From Candidatus Methylomirabilia bacterium (GTDB lineage Bacteria; Methylomirabilota; Methylomirabilia; Rokubacteriales; CSP1-6): a stretch of DNA of 64,000 bases. The notes under the pieces were generated by a model. The model made no database searches. It was not told the origin of the DNA and saw only the letters and a program-made list of their open reading frames with translations. Positions 39,791 through 49,815 of the stretch are shown in pieces (within the stretch, counting starts at the first letter, position 1; the number at the start of each line of letters is the position of its first letter). A program made the translations under genes and the position numbers. The DNA is taken from positions 14,948 to 78,947 of the forward strand of contig JBHIBG010000008.1 of assembly GCA_046758965.1 (NCBI GenBank), given 5' to 3'.

Positions 39791-41023
39791 CTATTGGGCC
39801 AACTGGATCGCGGCGAGGAGAAGGGTATTGGCCCCGTGCTCGATGTCGTCCATGGCTGTGAACTCCTCCTCGCAGTGGCTTCGGCCGTTCTTCGACGGAA
39901 CGAAGATCATTCCTGCCGGACCGATGGCGGCCATGTACTGGGCGTCGTGGCCCGCGCCCGACAGGATCCGCCGGTAGCGGCAGTTGAGGGGTTTGGCGGC
40001 TTGCTCCACGGCGTCCACCACCTGAGGGTCGAAGGGAGTGGGTGGCACGCGCCAGTAGTGTTCGAGCTCGGCGTGCACCCCCTCGCGAGCTGCGGCCTCT
40101 TTCACGGCCTGGTCGAGCAGCTCCCGGGCGCGCGTGAGGTGCTCGTCCGTCGGGTCCCTGAGATCCACGCTCATGGCGACCCTGCCGGGGATGACGTTCG
40201 GGATGTTCGGGGAGAGATCCAGCCGACCCACCGTGGCCACCATGTCTTTGCACACCTGGCCGGGAATGGCGCGCACGGCTTGCACCACCGCGGCAGCGCC
40301 CACCAGGGCGTCGTGGCGGATCCGCATGGGCGTGGGCCCGGCATGGTCCTGGACCCCGGCAAGTGTCAGCCGCGACCACGCGATCCCGACGATCCCCTCG
40401 ACCACGCCCACCGAGAGCCCTTCCTCCTCCAGGTGCGGCCCCTGCTCGATGTGGAGCTCCAGGTAGGCGCGGATCGGGCGGGCGACACACGGCTCCGATC
40501 CCAGATAGCCGATCCGCTCCAGCTCGTCCACCAGGCGGATTCCGTTCTTGTCCCGGGCGTTGTAGGCGTCCTCAAGCGCGATCTTCCCGGCCATCACGCC
40601 GCTGGCGATCATGGCGGGCTGGAACCTGGCACCCTCCTCGTTGGTAAAAATCGAGAGCGTGAGCGGGTGGCGGGTTCTGAGACCGTGATCGTTGAGGGTT
40701 CGAATGGCCTCGAGCGCGCAGAGCACGCCGAGCTCGCCGTCATACTTCCCGCCGGTGGGGACCGAATCCACGTGGGAACCGATCATGACGGGTGGGAGCG
40801 CTTCGGTCCCCTGGCGGTGGCCGAAGATGCTCCCCATCCGGTCCACGCTGACCCGAAGCCCGGCCTCCTTCATCCAGGCTACCATCTGATCCCGTGCGCC
40901 CTTGTCCTCGTCGGTGAGGGCTAAGCGCGTGAGCCCGCCGCGGGGCGTCTCCCCGATTTTTCCGAGGGTCTCCGCCGCCTCTTCGAGTCGTTTCCGGTTG
41001 ATGCGCATGATGCGGTGGCTCAC
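39791..41023 (-). CDS. M20-family Zn amidohydrolase (N-carbamoyl-amino acid/allantoate amidohydrolase type)
   Basis: GSHVDSVPTGGKYDG, NEEGARF, ELHIEQG, HAGPTPM, SGAGHDA. Confidence 0.92.
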   Translation of the reverse strand: MSHRIMRINRKRLEEAAETLGKIGETPRGGLTRLALTDEDKGARDQMVAWMKEAGLRVSVDRMGSIFGHRQGTEALPPVMIGSHVDSVPTGGKYDGELGVLCALEAIRTLNDHGLRTRHPLTLSIFTNEEGARFQPAMIASGVMAGKIALEDAYNARDKNGIRLVDELERIGYLGSEPCVARPIRAYLELHIEQGPHLEEEGLSVGVVEGIVGIAWSRLTLAGVQDHAGPTPMRIRHDALVGAAAVVQAVRAIPGQVCKDMVATVGRLDLSPNIPNVIPGRVAMSVDLRDPTDEHLTRARELLDQAVKEAAAREGVHAELEHYWRVPPTPFDPQVVDAVEQAAKPLNCRYRRILSGAGHDAQYMAAIGPAGMIFVPSKNGRSHCEEEFTAMDDIEHGANTLLLAAIQLAQ

Positions 41024-41544
41024 CTCCGCCGATAGCGCCCCATGAGCTCGGCCTTTCCCAGCACGTGGCCCTCCATCGCCTTGAGCGTCTCTGCTTTGGA
41101 GTTGCGCGAGGGCAGCGCGAGCTCGATGTCGAGGGCATAGAGGGTGAAGAAGTAACGGTGGGCGGGGCCCCGGGGCGGGCAGGGCCCACCGTAGCCTACC
41201 CTCCTGAAATCGTTTACCCCCTGGACGCCGATGCCGGGGACCGCGTCTTTCGCCGGTACGCCTTCGGGAAGCTCGCGGAGGGTCGCTGCCAGCCCGTAAA
41301 GCACCCAGTGGACCCAGGTCCCGACCGGCGCGTCGGGGTCGTCGACGATCAGGGCGAAACCGTTAGTCCCGCTGGGCGGGTCAGTCCACCGGAGCGGTGG
41401 GGAGCGATCCGGCCCGTCGCAGGTGTGCTTCGCCGGGATCTCGCTGCCGGCTGAGAAGGCCGGACTCTGAAGCTCAAAGGCCATGGCAGCTCCTCCCAAC
41501 GCGAAAATGAGAAGGCCCACGAGGAGCGGAATGCTCAGCTTCAA
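41020..41544 (-). CDS. YbhB/YbcL (PEBP, Raf-kinase-inhibitor-like) protein
   Basis: DDPDAP, WVHWV, GYGGPCPP, HRYFF; exact start uncertain. Confidence 0.88.
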   Translation of the reverse strand: MKLSIPLLVGLLIFALGGAAMAFELQSPAFSAGSEIPAKHTCDGPDRSPPLRWTDPPSGTNGFALIVDDPDAPVGTWVHWVLYGLAATLRELPEGVPAKDAVPGIGVQGVNDFRRVGYGGPCPPRGPAHRYFFTLYALDIELALPSRNSKAETLKAMEGHVLGKAELMGRYRRR

Positions 41545-41617
41545 GGAGCGGCGCCCGGGTCGCCTGGACCGCCCTCGAAGAGGAACTGACCGGGACCGGA
41601 GATGATAGAATTTCCTC

Positions 41618-42181
41618 ATGACCCCTCGGGTGCCACCTCAGTTGAGCCCCGACTCGATCCGGTTCTGTCCTCTCTGCGGCGCCAGCCTGACTCGCAGCCG
41701 GATCACGCCGCACGAGAAGGAGGAGGCCGTCTGCCCGAGCTGCGGGTTCATCTTCTATCTGAATCCCAAGGTGGTGGCCGGGACCATCCCGGCTGAGGAC
41801 GGGCGCATCCTCCTGGTTCGGCGGAACATCGAGCCCGCGAAAGGGAAGTGGACCTTCCCCGGCGGCTTCGTGGAGTGGGGGGAGAGCGTCCCTGCCGGAG
41901 CCCAGCGCGAAACCTTAGAGGAAACGGGGCTCACGGTGACCCTCAGCACTCTCGTTGGCGTCTACTCGTACGCTGGGGCACCGGTGGTGATCGTCGTCTA
42001 CCGGGCCCGGGTGACCGGCGGCCACCTCGCGCGGTGCCCTGAAATCGCCGAGGCCGCCTGGGTGAGACCTCATGAGATCCCCTGGGGGGAGCTTGCCTTC
42101 CCGTCCACGCGGGATGCGCTCACGGATTACCTCAAGGACGCTAGAGGCGGCTCGGCACTGCCGCCGTCGCCCTGCCGGTGA
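41618..42181 (+). CDS. NUDIX hydrolase with N-terminal zinc ribbon
   Basis: FCPLCG, CPSCG, Nudix box GGFVEWGE....[10 protein letters not shown]. Confidence 0.9.
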   Translation: MTPRVPPQLSPDSIRFCPLCGASLTRSRITPHEKEEAVCPSCGFIFYLNPKVVAGTIPAEDGRILLVRRNIEPAKGKWTFPGGFVEWGESVPAGAQRETLEETGLTVTLSTLVGVYSYAGAPVVIVVYRARVTGGHLARCPEIAEAAWVRPHEIPWGELAFPSTRDALTDYLKDARGGSALPPSPCR

Positions 42182-42575
42182 CGACGGCTTCACCGTTTTG
42201 ACTCTCCGCCCGGACTTCCAGTTCGACCAGGTGCTGGTCATCCTTGGATGACTTGGCCACGACCTTTCCCTTGCAGGTGATCACATCCCCGGGGCGGACC
42301 AGGGCGGCGAAGCGGACCCCGAGCTTTTTCACGCTCCCCGCGCCGAGCCAGTCGGTGATGGACTGGGCCACGAACCCCATTGAGAGCATCCCGTGGGCAA
42401 AGACCCCGCCCATCCCGGCAGCCTTGGCGAACTCCTCATCCACGTGAATCGGGTTGAAGTCGCCTGAGGCTCCTGCGTAGCGGGTGAGCTGAATCCGCTG
42501 GAGGGGAGGCTTCACCAGCTCGACCAACTCGTCCCCCACCTGAATATCTTCCGCGTAGACTTTTGCGTACTGCAT
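42141..42575 (-). CDS. MaoC-family dehydratase (HadB-like catalytic subunit)
   Basis: [13 protein letters not shown]...FAHGM hydratase-2 motif; ATG 42575. Confidence 0.88.
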   Translation of the reverse strand: MQYAKVYAEDIQVGDELVELVKPPLQRIQLTRYAGASGDFNPIHVDEEFAKAAGMGGVFAHGMLSMGFVAQSITDWLGAGSVKKLGVRFAALVRPGDVITCKGKVVAKSSKDDQHLVELEVRAESQNGEAVVTGRATAAVPSRL

Positions 42576-42607
42576 CGTTCCTCTCCGCGCAGCCGCTCCC
42601 CCCGGCG

Positions 42608-43063
42608 TTAGAGGCGGACGATCATCGTGTTGCGCATCTTCGCCACGATCTGGTTGTCCTGGTCGGTCACGGCAGTCTCCCGCATCACGAACGCCATGGG
42701 GCCGCTCCGTCCGGTCTTCTCGTAGACATCCGTGATCCGGGTGCGGCAGAGGAAGGTCTCTCCGGGCCGGATCTGGCGGAAGAACTCGAACTCCTGCTCG
42801 CCGTGGAGCACCCGCGAGATATCTACGCCCAGGTCGTGCAGGAGGGCCGCAGTATCCGCCTGCTCGTTGCGGAAGGTGATCGGGAAGGTGGGGGGTGCGA
42901 TGATGTCGCCCCATTGGGAGGCCCGGCCGATCTCCTCCCTCAGGTAGAACGGGTTCAGGTCGCCGATGGCTTGCGCGAACTCCTTGATCTTGCCCCGCTC
43001 CACGGTGACAGCGAACGGCGGGTACTCCTTGCCGACGAGGTCTCTGTTGACTTGGATCGCCAT
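42608..43063 (-). CDS. MaoC N-terminal/FAS1-like dehydratase (HadA-like partner)
   Basis: VERGKIKEFA.AIGD.NP, APPTF, LHGEQEF. Confidence 0.88.
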   Translation of the reverse strand: MAIQVNRDLVGKEYPPFAVTVERGKIKEFAQAIGDLNPFYLREEIGRASQWGDIIAPPTFPITFRNEQADTAALLHDLGVDISRVLHGEQEFEFFRQIRPGETFLCRTRITDVYEKTGRSGPMAFVMRETAVTDQDNQIVAKMRNTMIVRL

Positions 43064-43077
43064 GAGCCCTTCGCCCC

Positions 43078-43470
43078 CTACGTCCCTTTTGCCATCGCGC
43101 GGCTCAGGAATTTTTCGAGGCTCGCAACGACGAGTCGCTCATGCGTCCCCTGCGCCACCTTCTCCACTTCGTCCGAGGCTTCCACCCGAAAGCGGAAGCG
43201 CTTTCCATCGGTCTCCGTGAGCTCGGCCCGGGCTCGCACTCGCATCCCCACGGGCGTCGCGGCGAGGTGCCTCATCTCCATCCAGGTCCCCACCGTGGCC
43301 GCCCCCGGTGGCAGGTGTGGGTGGATGATGGCGCCCGCCGCGTCTTCCAGGAGGCCGATCAGGAACGGCGTCGCGAAGACCATGACGCCCTTGTTTCCCA
43401 TAGCGTCCGCGGTCCGCTCGGGCGTCACGATCACGTCCACCTCTGCAACTGCGCCGGGCCTGAGGTCCAT
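43078..43470 (-). CDS. FlK-like hot-dog thioesterase
   Basis: VFATP...E, TVG....HLAATPVG, GTHER. Confidence 0.85.
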   Translation of the reverse strand: MDLRPGAVAEVDVIVTPERTADAMGNKGVMVFATPFLIGLLEDAAGAIIHPHLPPGAATVGTWMEMRHLAATPVGMRVRARAELTETDGKRFRFRVEASDEVEKVAQGTHERLVVASLEKFLSRAMAKGT

Positions 43471-43601
43471 GCAGATCTCCTCGATGTGTGTCTCTTCTAC
43501 CTCGACTCTCTGTCGCCGTCAAGGCCAGAAGTGGTCAGGCTCCGGGGCGCACGCGCACTCAAGGCTTTTCTAGCGTGAGCAGGTGTGGCAGAACTGGCAG
43601 C

Positions 43602-44765
43602 ATGGCTCCTGCCATCGCGGCTCTCGGCGCCCTGGTGGTGTCGCTTGACTCTGCCGTCAACATTGCCTTCCCTGCCATGTCTTCGGCCTTTGGGGTCGGG
43701 CCCACGTCCATCAAGTGGGTGGTCATCACCTACGTCCTGACGTATGCGCTCACGGCCTACGCGGCGGGATTGCTGGCTGACCGGGTGGGCCATAGGGCTG
43801 TCTTTGTGGCCGGGCTCTGGCTCACGGCCGCGAGCCTCCTCGTGCTGAGCTTCGCTCCCACCTATGGCTGGTTCCTCATCTTCCGCGTAATCCAGGGGCT
43901 CGGCGGAGGGCTGGTCTACGGGAGCTCGCCGGCGTTGGTCACCTTGGCGCTTCCGCCAGAGAAGCGCGGCCGGGGGCTCGGGCTCTTCACCCTCGGCATG
44001 GCGGGTGGCTTCGGCGTCGGCCCTCTCATTGGCGGACTGCTCGTGGACGAGTTCGGCTGGCATTGGGTCTATCTCTTCCGCGCCCCGTTGGCGCTTGCCC
44101 TGGCCTTGGGCGCGGCCCCTGTGCTCCGCGGAATGCCGTACGGCAGTGCGCGCTGGCAGCTGATCCGGCTCAGTGAGATCGTCCGACCACAGCTGCTCCT
44201 GGCTAATGCCCTGGCTCTCCTCGCCAACCTGGCTCAGTTCGCGGTCTGGCTTCTCGTCCCGTATTACCTGGTGAGCATCCTGCGCCTTTCGGCCACGGCT
44301 GGCGGTCTCTTCTTCATGCTGACCCCGTTGGGCACCGCTCTCGCCGGGCCGCCGGGCGGCTGGGCCACCGACCGGTTCGGAAGCCGCCCGCTGCTCACCC
44401 TCGGGCTCGCTGCCGAGAGCGCCGGGCTCTTCCTGATAAGCCGGCTGGAGGCCGACAGCGGGCTGGTCCAAGTGGGCCTTGCGCTGGCCCTGGTGGGGCT
44501 CGGCCTCGGAGTCTTTCAGGTCCCCAATATGAGTTTGGTGATGGCGAGCTTTCCTGCCTCCCAGCAGGGTGGGGCTGGCGGCATGATCTTGATGAGCCGG
44601 ACCCTGGGCGTGGTGGCAGGGGTGAGCGTGGCAAGCGCCATATTCGGGGCGCGGAGCCGGAGCCTCGGCTTCTTAGGCGCCTTCCACGATGTGTTCCTCG
44701 TGGCGGGAGCGGTCTCGACGGTTGCGCTTCTCCTCTCGCTCGTCTGGCCCAGCCGCCGCAACTGA
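43602..44765 (+). CDS. MFS transporter
   Basis: VNIAFP, GLLADRVG, RVIQGLGG, GPLIGG. Confidence 0.88.
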   Translation: MAPAIAALGALVVSLDSAVNIAFPAMSSAFGVGPTSIKWVVITYVLTYALTAYAAGLLADRVGHRAVFVAGLWLTAASLLVLSFAPTYGWFLIFRVIQGLGGGLVYGSSPALVTLALPPEKRGRGLGLFTLGMAGGFGVGPLIGGLLVDEFGWHWVYLFRAPLALALALGAAPVLRGMPYGSARWQLIRLSEIVRPQLLLANALALLANLAQFAVWLLVPYYLVSILRLSATAGGLFFMLTPLGTALAGPPGGWATDRFGSRPLLTLGLAAESAGLFLISRLEADSGLVQVGLALALVGLGLGVFQVPNMSLVMASFPASQQGGAGGMILMSRTLGVVAGVSVASAIFGARSRSLGFLGAFHDVFLVAGAVSTVALLLSLVWPSRRN

Positions 44766-44918
44766 CCCCGACCCCCAACATCACTCAACCGTCGAGCGGC
44801 CCGTCGGGAGCACGTCCGTCGCCGGGCTGGGCCTCCCTCCGGCCTCGCGCCCCGGCCGGTGCCACCCGCTCGGGAGACGGCGCGACGAGCGGAGGCTTTC
44901 GGATGAGAACTCACTGAG

Positions 44919-45887
44919 CTACGGGAGCAGGAGGATCTTTCCGGTGGTCTCGCGTGCGGCGAGAGCCCTGTGAGCCTCAGCAGCCTGGGCAAGCGGCGGG
45001 GTGCGGTCGATCCTGAGCCGGAGCTTCCCCGCTTCGATCCAGCCCAGCACATCGCCCGCTCGCTGGAGCAGCTCCTCGCGGGTGGGCGTGTAGTGAAAGA
45101 GACTCGGGCGGGTCAGAAAGAGCGAGCCCTTGGCCATCAGCACCTGGATGTCGAAGGGCGGCACCGGGCCGCTCGACTGGCCGTAGAAGGCCATGTACCC
45201 GCGCAGGCCGAGGCAGTTGAGGCTTTTTTCGAACGTGTCCTTTCCCACCGAGTCGTAGACGACGTTGAGGCCCTTGCCCCCGGTGAGCTGCTTCACCTTG
45301 GCCTCGAAGTCCTCCTGGGTGTAGAGGATCACCTCGTCGGCTCCGGCCTCGCGCGCCAGCTTGGCTTTTGCCTCGGTGGAGACCGTGCCGATCACCCGCG
45401 CTCCTCGCATCTTCGCCATCTGGCAGAGGAGAAGCCCCACGCCTCCGGCGGCGGCGTGCACCAGGCAGCTATCGCCGGGCTTGAGCGGGTAGGTGGTGTG
45501 GCTGAGGTAGTGGGCCGTCATCCCCTGGAGCATGGCTGCCGCCCCGTCCTGAAAGCTGAGCTTGGCCGGCAAGACCACCAGGCGCTCCGAGGGGATCAGG
45601 GCGTGAGTGGCGTACGAGCCAGGAATCCCGTTCCAGGCGACGCGGTTCCCTACCGCGACCTCCTTGACGTTTGGCCCGGCAGCCTCCACTGTCCCCGCGC
45701 CCTCCAGGCCCAGCGCCAAGGGGAGCCCCCCCTTGTAGTGGCCGCTCCGCTGGTAGATATCGATGAAGTTGACGCCGGCCGCCTCGACCTTGACCAACGC
45801 CTGCCCGGGTCCCGGCGTGGGGGTCGGTACCTCTTCGAGCTTCATCACTTCAGGTCCGCCGTACTGGTGCACTCTGACCGCGTTCAT
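44919..45887 (-). CDS. qor: NADPH:quinone oxidoreductase (zeta-crystallin type)
   Basis: GVNFID, HAAAGGVG, YDSVG, KGSLFLTRPSL, TTGKILL. Confidence 0.9.
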   Translation of the reverse strand: MNAVRVHQYGGPEVMKLEEVPTPTPGPGQALVKVEAAGVNFIDIYQRSGHYKGGLPLALGLEGAGTVEAAGPNVKEVAVGNRVAWNGIPGSYATHALIPSERLVVLPAKLSFQDGAAAMLQGMTAHYLSHTTYPLKPGDSCLVHAAAGGVGLLLCQMAKMRGARVIGTVSTEAKAKLAREAGADEVILYTQEDFEAKVKQLTGGKGLNVVYDSVGKDTFEKSLNCLGLRGYMAFYGQSSGPVPPFDIQVLMAKGSLFLTRPSLFHYTPTREELLQRAGDVLGWIEAGKLRLRIDRTPPLAQAAEAHRALAARETTGKILLLP

Positions 45888-46029
45888 GGGCGTCTCCTCT
45901 TTGGAAATGAACTGGCGCTCCGACTTTACCCGATTCGCCGGGCTCTGGCAATCCAGGGCGTGACCGGGCCTCGCGGAGTCTGCCTGACAGTGGCGGGGCG
46001 CACCGTTCTATGGTAGATATGAGGCCGTT

Positions 46030-47064
46030 ATGGCGGAGCTCGCCTCCCGCCGCTACGCAGTGTCCGACGCGATCGACGCCATCGAGCTCTACTTCGACAA
46101 GGGCTGGGCCGATGGCCTGCCCGTGGTCCCCCCAACCGAGGAGCGCATCTGCGCCATGTTGGAGGCTGCCGGGCTCCCCCCGGAGCAGGAGGTGACCTTC
46201 GTCGAGCACCGGCGAGTCTCGGTGACCGCCGAGAAGGTGGCGATCAACGCCGTCATGGCGGGCTGCAGGCGCGAGTATATGCCGGTGGTGGTGGCCGCCA
46301 TCGAGGCGATTGGAGATTCCCGCTGGGGCTACCATGGCCCCGCGACTTCCACCGGCGGTTCCGCGGTGCTGATGATCGTCAACGGTCCGGTGGCGAAGGA
46401 GCTCGGGATCAACAGCGGCGACAACCTGTTCGGCCCCGGGTGGCGAGCCAACGCGACGATCGGGCGCGCGGTGCGGCTGGTCATGCGGAACGTCATCGGG
46501 ACGCTCCCGGGAGCGCTGGACCGGAGCACGCTCGGGCATTCCGGGAAATACACCTACCTCATCGCCGAGAACGAAACGGAGAGCCCCTGGCCGCCGCTTC
46601 ACGTGGAACGGGGCTTTCGGCCCGAGCAGAGCGCCGTGACTGTGCTTGCCGCGGAGGCCCCCCACCAGTTCTACAACCAGCTCTCCCGCACGGCCGAGGG
46701 CATCCTGACCACGCTCTGCGATGACATGCGGATTTCAGGCACGGCGGTGGCCCAGCCGCAGTATGTGGTCGTCCTCGCGGGGGAGCACATGAGGACGATC
46801 GCGGCCGACGGCTGGTCCAAGGGTGACATCCGTAAGTTTGTCTTCGAGCAGACCCACCGGACGGTGGCCCACCTCAAGCGGACGCACCGGCTCCCGGGCG
46901 AGGTGGCGCCGGAGGACGAGACCACCCTGCGCCCGCTGGTCCGCTCTCCCGAGGAGATCCTCGTGGTGGCGGCGGGCGGACGGGCCGGGGCTTTCTCGGC
47001 GTACATCCCGGGGTGGGGCGGTGTCCGGACCTCTCAGAGCGTGACGAAGGGCATTCGCGTGTGA
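46030..47064 (+). CDS. Conserved protein of unknown function (DGLPVVPPT family), partner of UGSC protein
   Basis: GWADGLPVVPPT, EK.AINAVMAGC, RANATIGRA, ENE..SPW; directly upstream of the UGSC gene. Confidence 0.8.
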   Translation: MAELASRRYAVSDAIDAIELYFDKGWADGLPVVPPTEERICAMLEAAGLPPEQEVTFVEHRRVSVTAEKVAINAVMAGCRREYMPVVVAAIEAIGDSRWGYHGPATSTGGSAVLMIVNGPVAKELGINSGDNLFGPGWRANATIGRAVRLVMRNVIGTLPGALDRSTLGHSGKYTYLIAENETESPWPPLHVERGFRPEQSAVTVLAAEAPHQFYNQLSRTAEGILTTLCDDMRISGTAVAQPQYVVVLAGEHMRTIAADGWSKGDIRKFVFEQTHRTVAHLKRTHRLPGEVAPEDETTLRPLVRSPEEILVVAAGGRAGAFSAYIPGWGGVRTSQSVTKGIRV

Positions 47065-47090
47065 TGGCAGGGAGGCAGAAGGAGGGGAGA

Positions 47091-47627
47091 ATGGGCACGA
47101 TTCAGGTATTTGATCCGACCACGGAGGCACGCGAGCAGAGCATGGTGTATGCTCCTCGGCCCGACTCCCTCAGCGGGAAGCGGGTTGGGCTCGTCGAGAA
47201 CACGAAGTTCAACTCGGACGTCCTCCTCCTCAAGATCGGCAAGGTCCTGGAGGACGAGTACGGCGCGGCGGGGAGCGTGCTCTGGCGGAAGCTCAACTCC
47301 AGCGTGCCGGCCCACGAGGAGATCCTCGAAGACGCCAGGGGCCGGGCGGATGTCGTGCTCGCCGGGATCGGAGACTGAGGGTCCTGCTCGTCGGGCAGTG
47401 TGCTCGACGCGATCCTCTTCGAGCAACAGGGCATGCCTGCTGCCTCCATCGTCACTGACCTCTTCGAGCGCACGGGCCGGGCCATGGCCGAGACCTGGGG
47501 GGTCCCGCGCTTCAAGTTTCTGCTGATGCCCCACCCCATCGCCAATCTCACCGAGGCCGAGCTGGAGCAGAGGGCCCGGGAGATTGCCCCGGAAGTCGTC
47601 AAGCTCCTGCTTCAGGGCCAGGAGTAA
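47091..47627 (+). CDS. UGSC-family selenoprotein (178 aa, Sec96)
   Basis: ORF-track pieces 47013-47378 and 47400-47627 are in one frame, joined by TGA GGG TCC TGC = GIGD-U-GSCSS; RBS GGAGG before ATG 47091. Confidence 0.9.
47379..47408 (+). promoter_or_regulatory. SECIS-like element (UGSC protein)
   Basis: 11 nt after the TGA: GTCGGGCA-GTG-TGCTCGAC; lower stem GAGGGTC/GATCCTC. Confidence 0.78.
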
Positions 47628-47860
47628 GGGAAGGTCCTCCCGCGCCCACCGTCGCACGCGCCAGAAGCCGACTCCGGGGGGCCCGGGCTGCGGGGCCGTG
47701 TGGCGTGCCTCACGATTGCCCCTGGGCTCCTTGCCGTGGTCCGCGCGGGGAGGCCTCGAGTGACCGCGGAGATCACCGGAGCCACCCCGAGCAGGAGGTG
47801 GTATGCTGTTCTAAAGCTGCGGGAATAGGGATTCTCCCCGAATTGTTTTACGGATAGAGT

Positions 47861-48427
47861 GTGGCGACCAACGACAGGGGTCGGGAGTTCGAACAAGCAG
47901 CCCTGGTGCACCTCGACCGGGTCTTCCAGCTGGCCCTCCGGCTCTGCGGGAATCGGGCTGAGGCCCAGGATCTGGCACAGGAGACTTTCCTCCGGGCCTT
48001 CCGCCACTTCGATCAGTTCGATCCCGGGACCAACTGTCGGGCGTGGCTCTTCGCGATTCTGCGGAATACGTTCATCAACCGGGTGAAGCGGCAGGGGAGG
48101 GAGCTCCTCGGCCTGGAGGATGGGGCATCGGAGCGACGGGAGGGCGAGTCCTCCGAGATGACGGCGGCCATTGCCAGCCCGGAGGAGGAGTTTTTTCGGC
48201 ACGTGGTGGACTCGGATGTGCTCGCTGCGCTGGAGAGGTTGCCGCTCAGCTTCCGGGAGGTGGTCCTGCTGGCCGACGTGGAGGAGTGTTCGTACAAGGA
48301 GATCGGCCAGATCTGCGGGCTACCGCTCGGCACCGTGATGTCCCGGCTCTTCCGAGGACGTCAGATGTTACGGCAAGCCCTGGTCGCAGCGGGCCGCGAG
48401 CGCCGGGGCATCGGGAGGGAAGCATGA
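47861..48427 (+). CDS. ECF sigma-70 factor (SigH/SigR-like)
   Basis: AQDLAQETF.RA, F.PGTN.RAWL, SYKEI, GTVMSRL.RGR. Confidence 0.9.
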   Translation: MATNDRGREFEQAALVHLDRVFQLALRLCGNRAEAQDLAQETFLRAFRHFDQFDPGTNCRAWLFAILRNTFINRVKRQGRELLGLEDGASERREGESSEMTAAIASPEEEFFRHVVDSDVLAALERLPLSFREVVLLADVEECSYKEIGQICGLPLGTVMSRLFRGRQMLRQALVAAGRERRGIGREA

Positions 48428-49260
48428 CCTGCGAGGAGCTTCGCAGCCGCCTGGAGGCCCATCTCGACGGCGAGCTGGACGTTGCGCATTCGCTGGAAGC
48501 GGACGAGCACTTGACCTTCTGCATGTCCTGCCAGTGGGCGTACGCCAGGGAGCGGGAGCTCCGTCAGGTGCTGAAGACCCGGCTGCCTCGCGTGACTGCG
48601 CCTGCCGAGCTTCACGCACGGGTCCGGACGGCCATCCGCGCCGCCGATCGCCGGGATCGGTGGGGCTCGGTTCCCCGCCTTGTTCGCTGGGGACTGCTCC
48701 CCGCGGTTGCCGCCGCGCTGGTGCTTATGGTCCTGACCGTGAGCCTGCGCGAGCCGGTTGTCAGCCCGCCGCCGCTCGCGGTGGCCGGGTTGGTGGGCAA
48801 GCATCAGATGTACTCCCGCCTGGACGCCCCCGCGGAGATCGCCAGCGCCAGCTACGAGACGGTGGGGGGCTGGTTGCGGCAGCGGGTCCGGTTCGAGGTG
48901 CCAGTGCCCGACTTCACCTCAGCGGGGATCCGCCTGGTCGGCGCACGGCTCTCGGACCTGGGCGATCGTGAGGTCGCCTATCTTCTCTACGAGAAGGAAG
49001 GAACCCTGGTTTCCCTCTTCGGGTTTCCCAAGCGCGGGCTCGCGCTTCCCGTAGAGGGATGGGTCGAGCTGGGGGACTCTCGCTTCTACGCGAAGAGGGT
49101 GGAAGGGGTCGAGGTCGTGCTCTGGACGCAGGGTGACCTGGCCTATGCGCTCGTCTCACCGCTCAGTCGAGAGACGCTCTTCCAATGCGCTCTGACCGTC
49201 TGGCGCCTCGCTGGCTCCGAGGCGGTCCCTGGCCCCCGCCCCGCTTCCCGAGTGTATTAG
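48424..49260 (+). CDS. Zinc-binding (HxxxCxxC) transmembrane anti-sigma factor
   Basis: MTCEE...HLDGEL...HLTFCMSC; one TM helix; ATGA overlap with sigma. Confidence 0.88.
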   Translation: MTCEELRSRLEAHLDGELDVAHSLEADEHLTFCMSCQWAYARERELRQVLKTRLPRVTAPAELHARVRTAIRAADRRDRWGSVPRLVRWGLLPAVAAALVLMVLTVSLREPVVSPPPLAVAGLVGKHQMYSRLDAPAEIASASYETVGGWLRQRVRFEVPVPDFTSAGIRLVGARLSDLGDREVAYLLYEKEGTLVSLFGFPKRGLALPVEGWVELGDSRFYAKRVEGVEVVLWTQGDLAYALVSPLSRETLFQCALTVWRLAGSEAVPGPRPASRVY

Positions 49261-49265
49261 AATCC

Positions 49266-49805
49266 GTGCGCTCCATATTGAGCGGGCTCCTCTGCGTGCT
49301 CGTCGTCATGGCGAGCGCTGGCGAGATCGCCTCCGCCAAGGACCCCTTCAGGGCCTTGGGGCTGATCAGGCCGGCTCGGGTCCAGCCGGCCCCCGCCTTC
49401 ACCCTATCCACGCCGACGGGAGTGCCCCTCAAGCTGGGTGATCACAGAGGGAAGGTCGTGCTCGTCAATTTCTGGGCCACCTGGTGCCGACCCTGCCTTG
49501 AAGAGATGCCCGCCATGGAGCGGCTGTACAGGCGGTTTCGGGAGAACGGATTCACCATTGTGGCCATTTCGGTCGACGCTGAGGGAGGACCGATCGTCGG
49601 CCCATTCCTCGAAAAGCACGAGCTGACCTTCCCGGTCGGGCTCGACCCCGAGATGGCCGTGGCCGAGCTCTATCGCGTGCAGGGGATCCCGAGGAGCTTT
49701 CTCATCGACCGGGAGGGGAACCTGCTCGCCCAGGCCATCGGCCCTCGCGAGTGGGATAGCACGGACGCCCGCGCGCTGATTACGCACCTGTTGAGGCGCG
49801 GGTAG
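49266..49805 (+). CDS. TlpA/ResA-like thiol-disulfide oxidoreductase (Cys form)
   Basis: NFWATWCRPC..EMP; GIP.SFLIDREG. Confidence 0.9.
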   Translation: MRSILSGLLCVLVVMASAGEIASAKDPFRALGLIRPARVQPAPAFTLSTPTGVPLKLGDHRGKVVLVNFWATWCRPCLEEMPAMERLYRRFRENGFTIVAISVDAEGGPIVGPFLEKHELTFPVGLDPEMAVAELYRVQGIPRSFLIDREGNLLAQAIGPREWDSTDARALITHLLRRG

Positions 49806-49815
49806 GAAGACCGGG

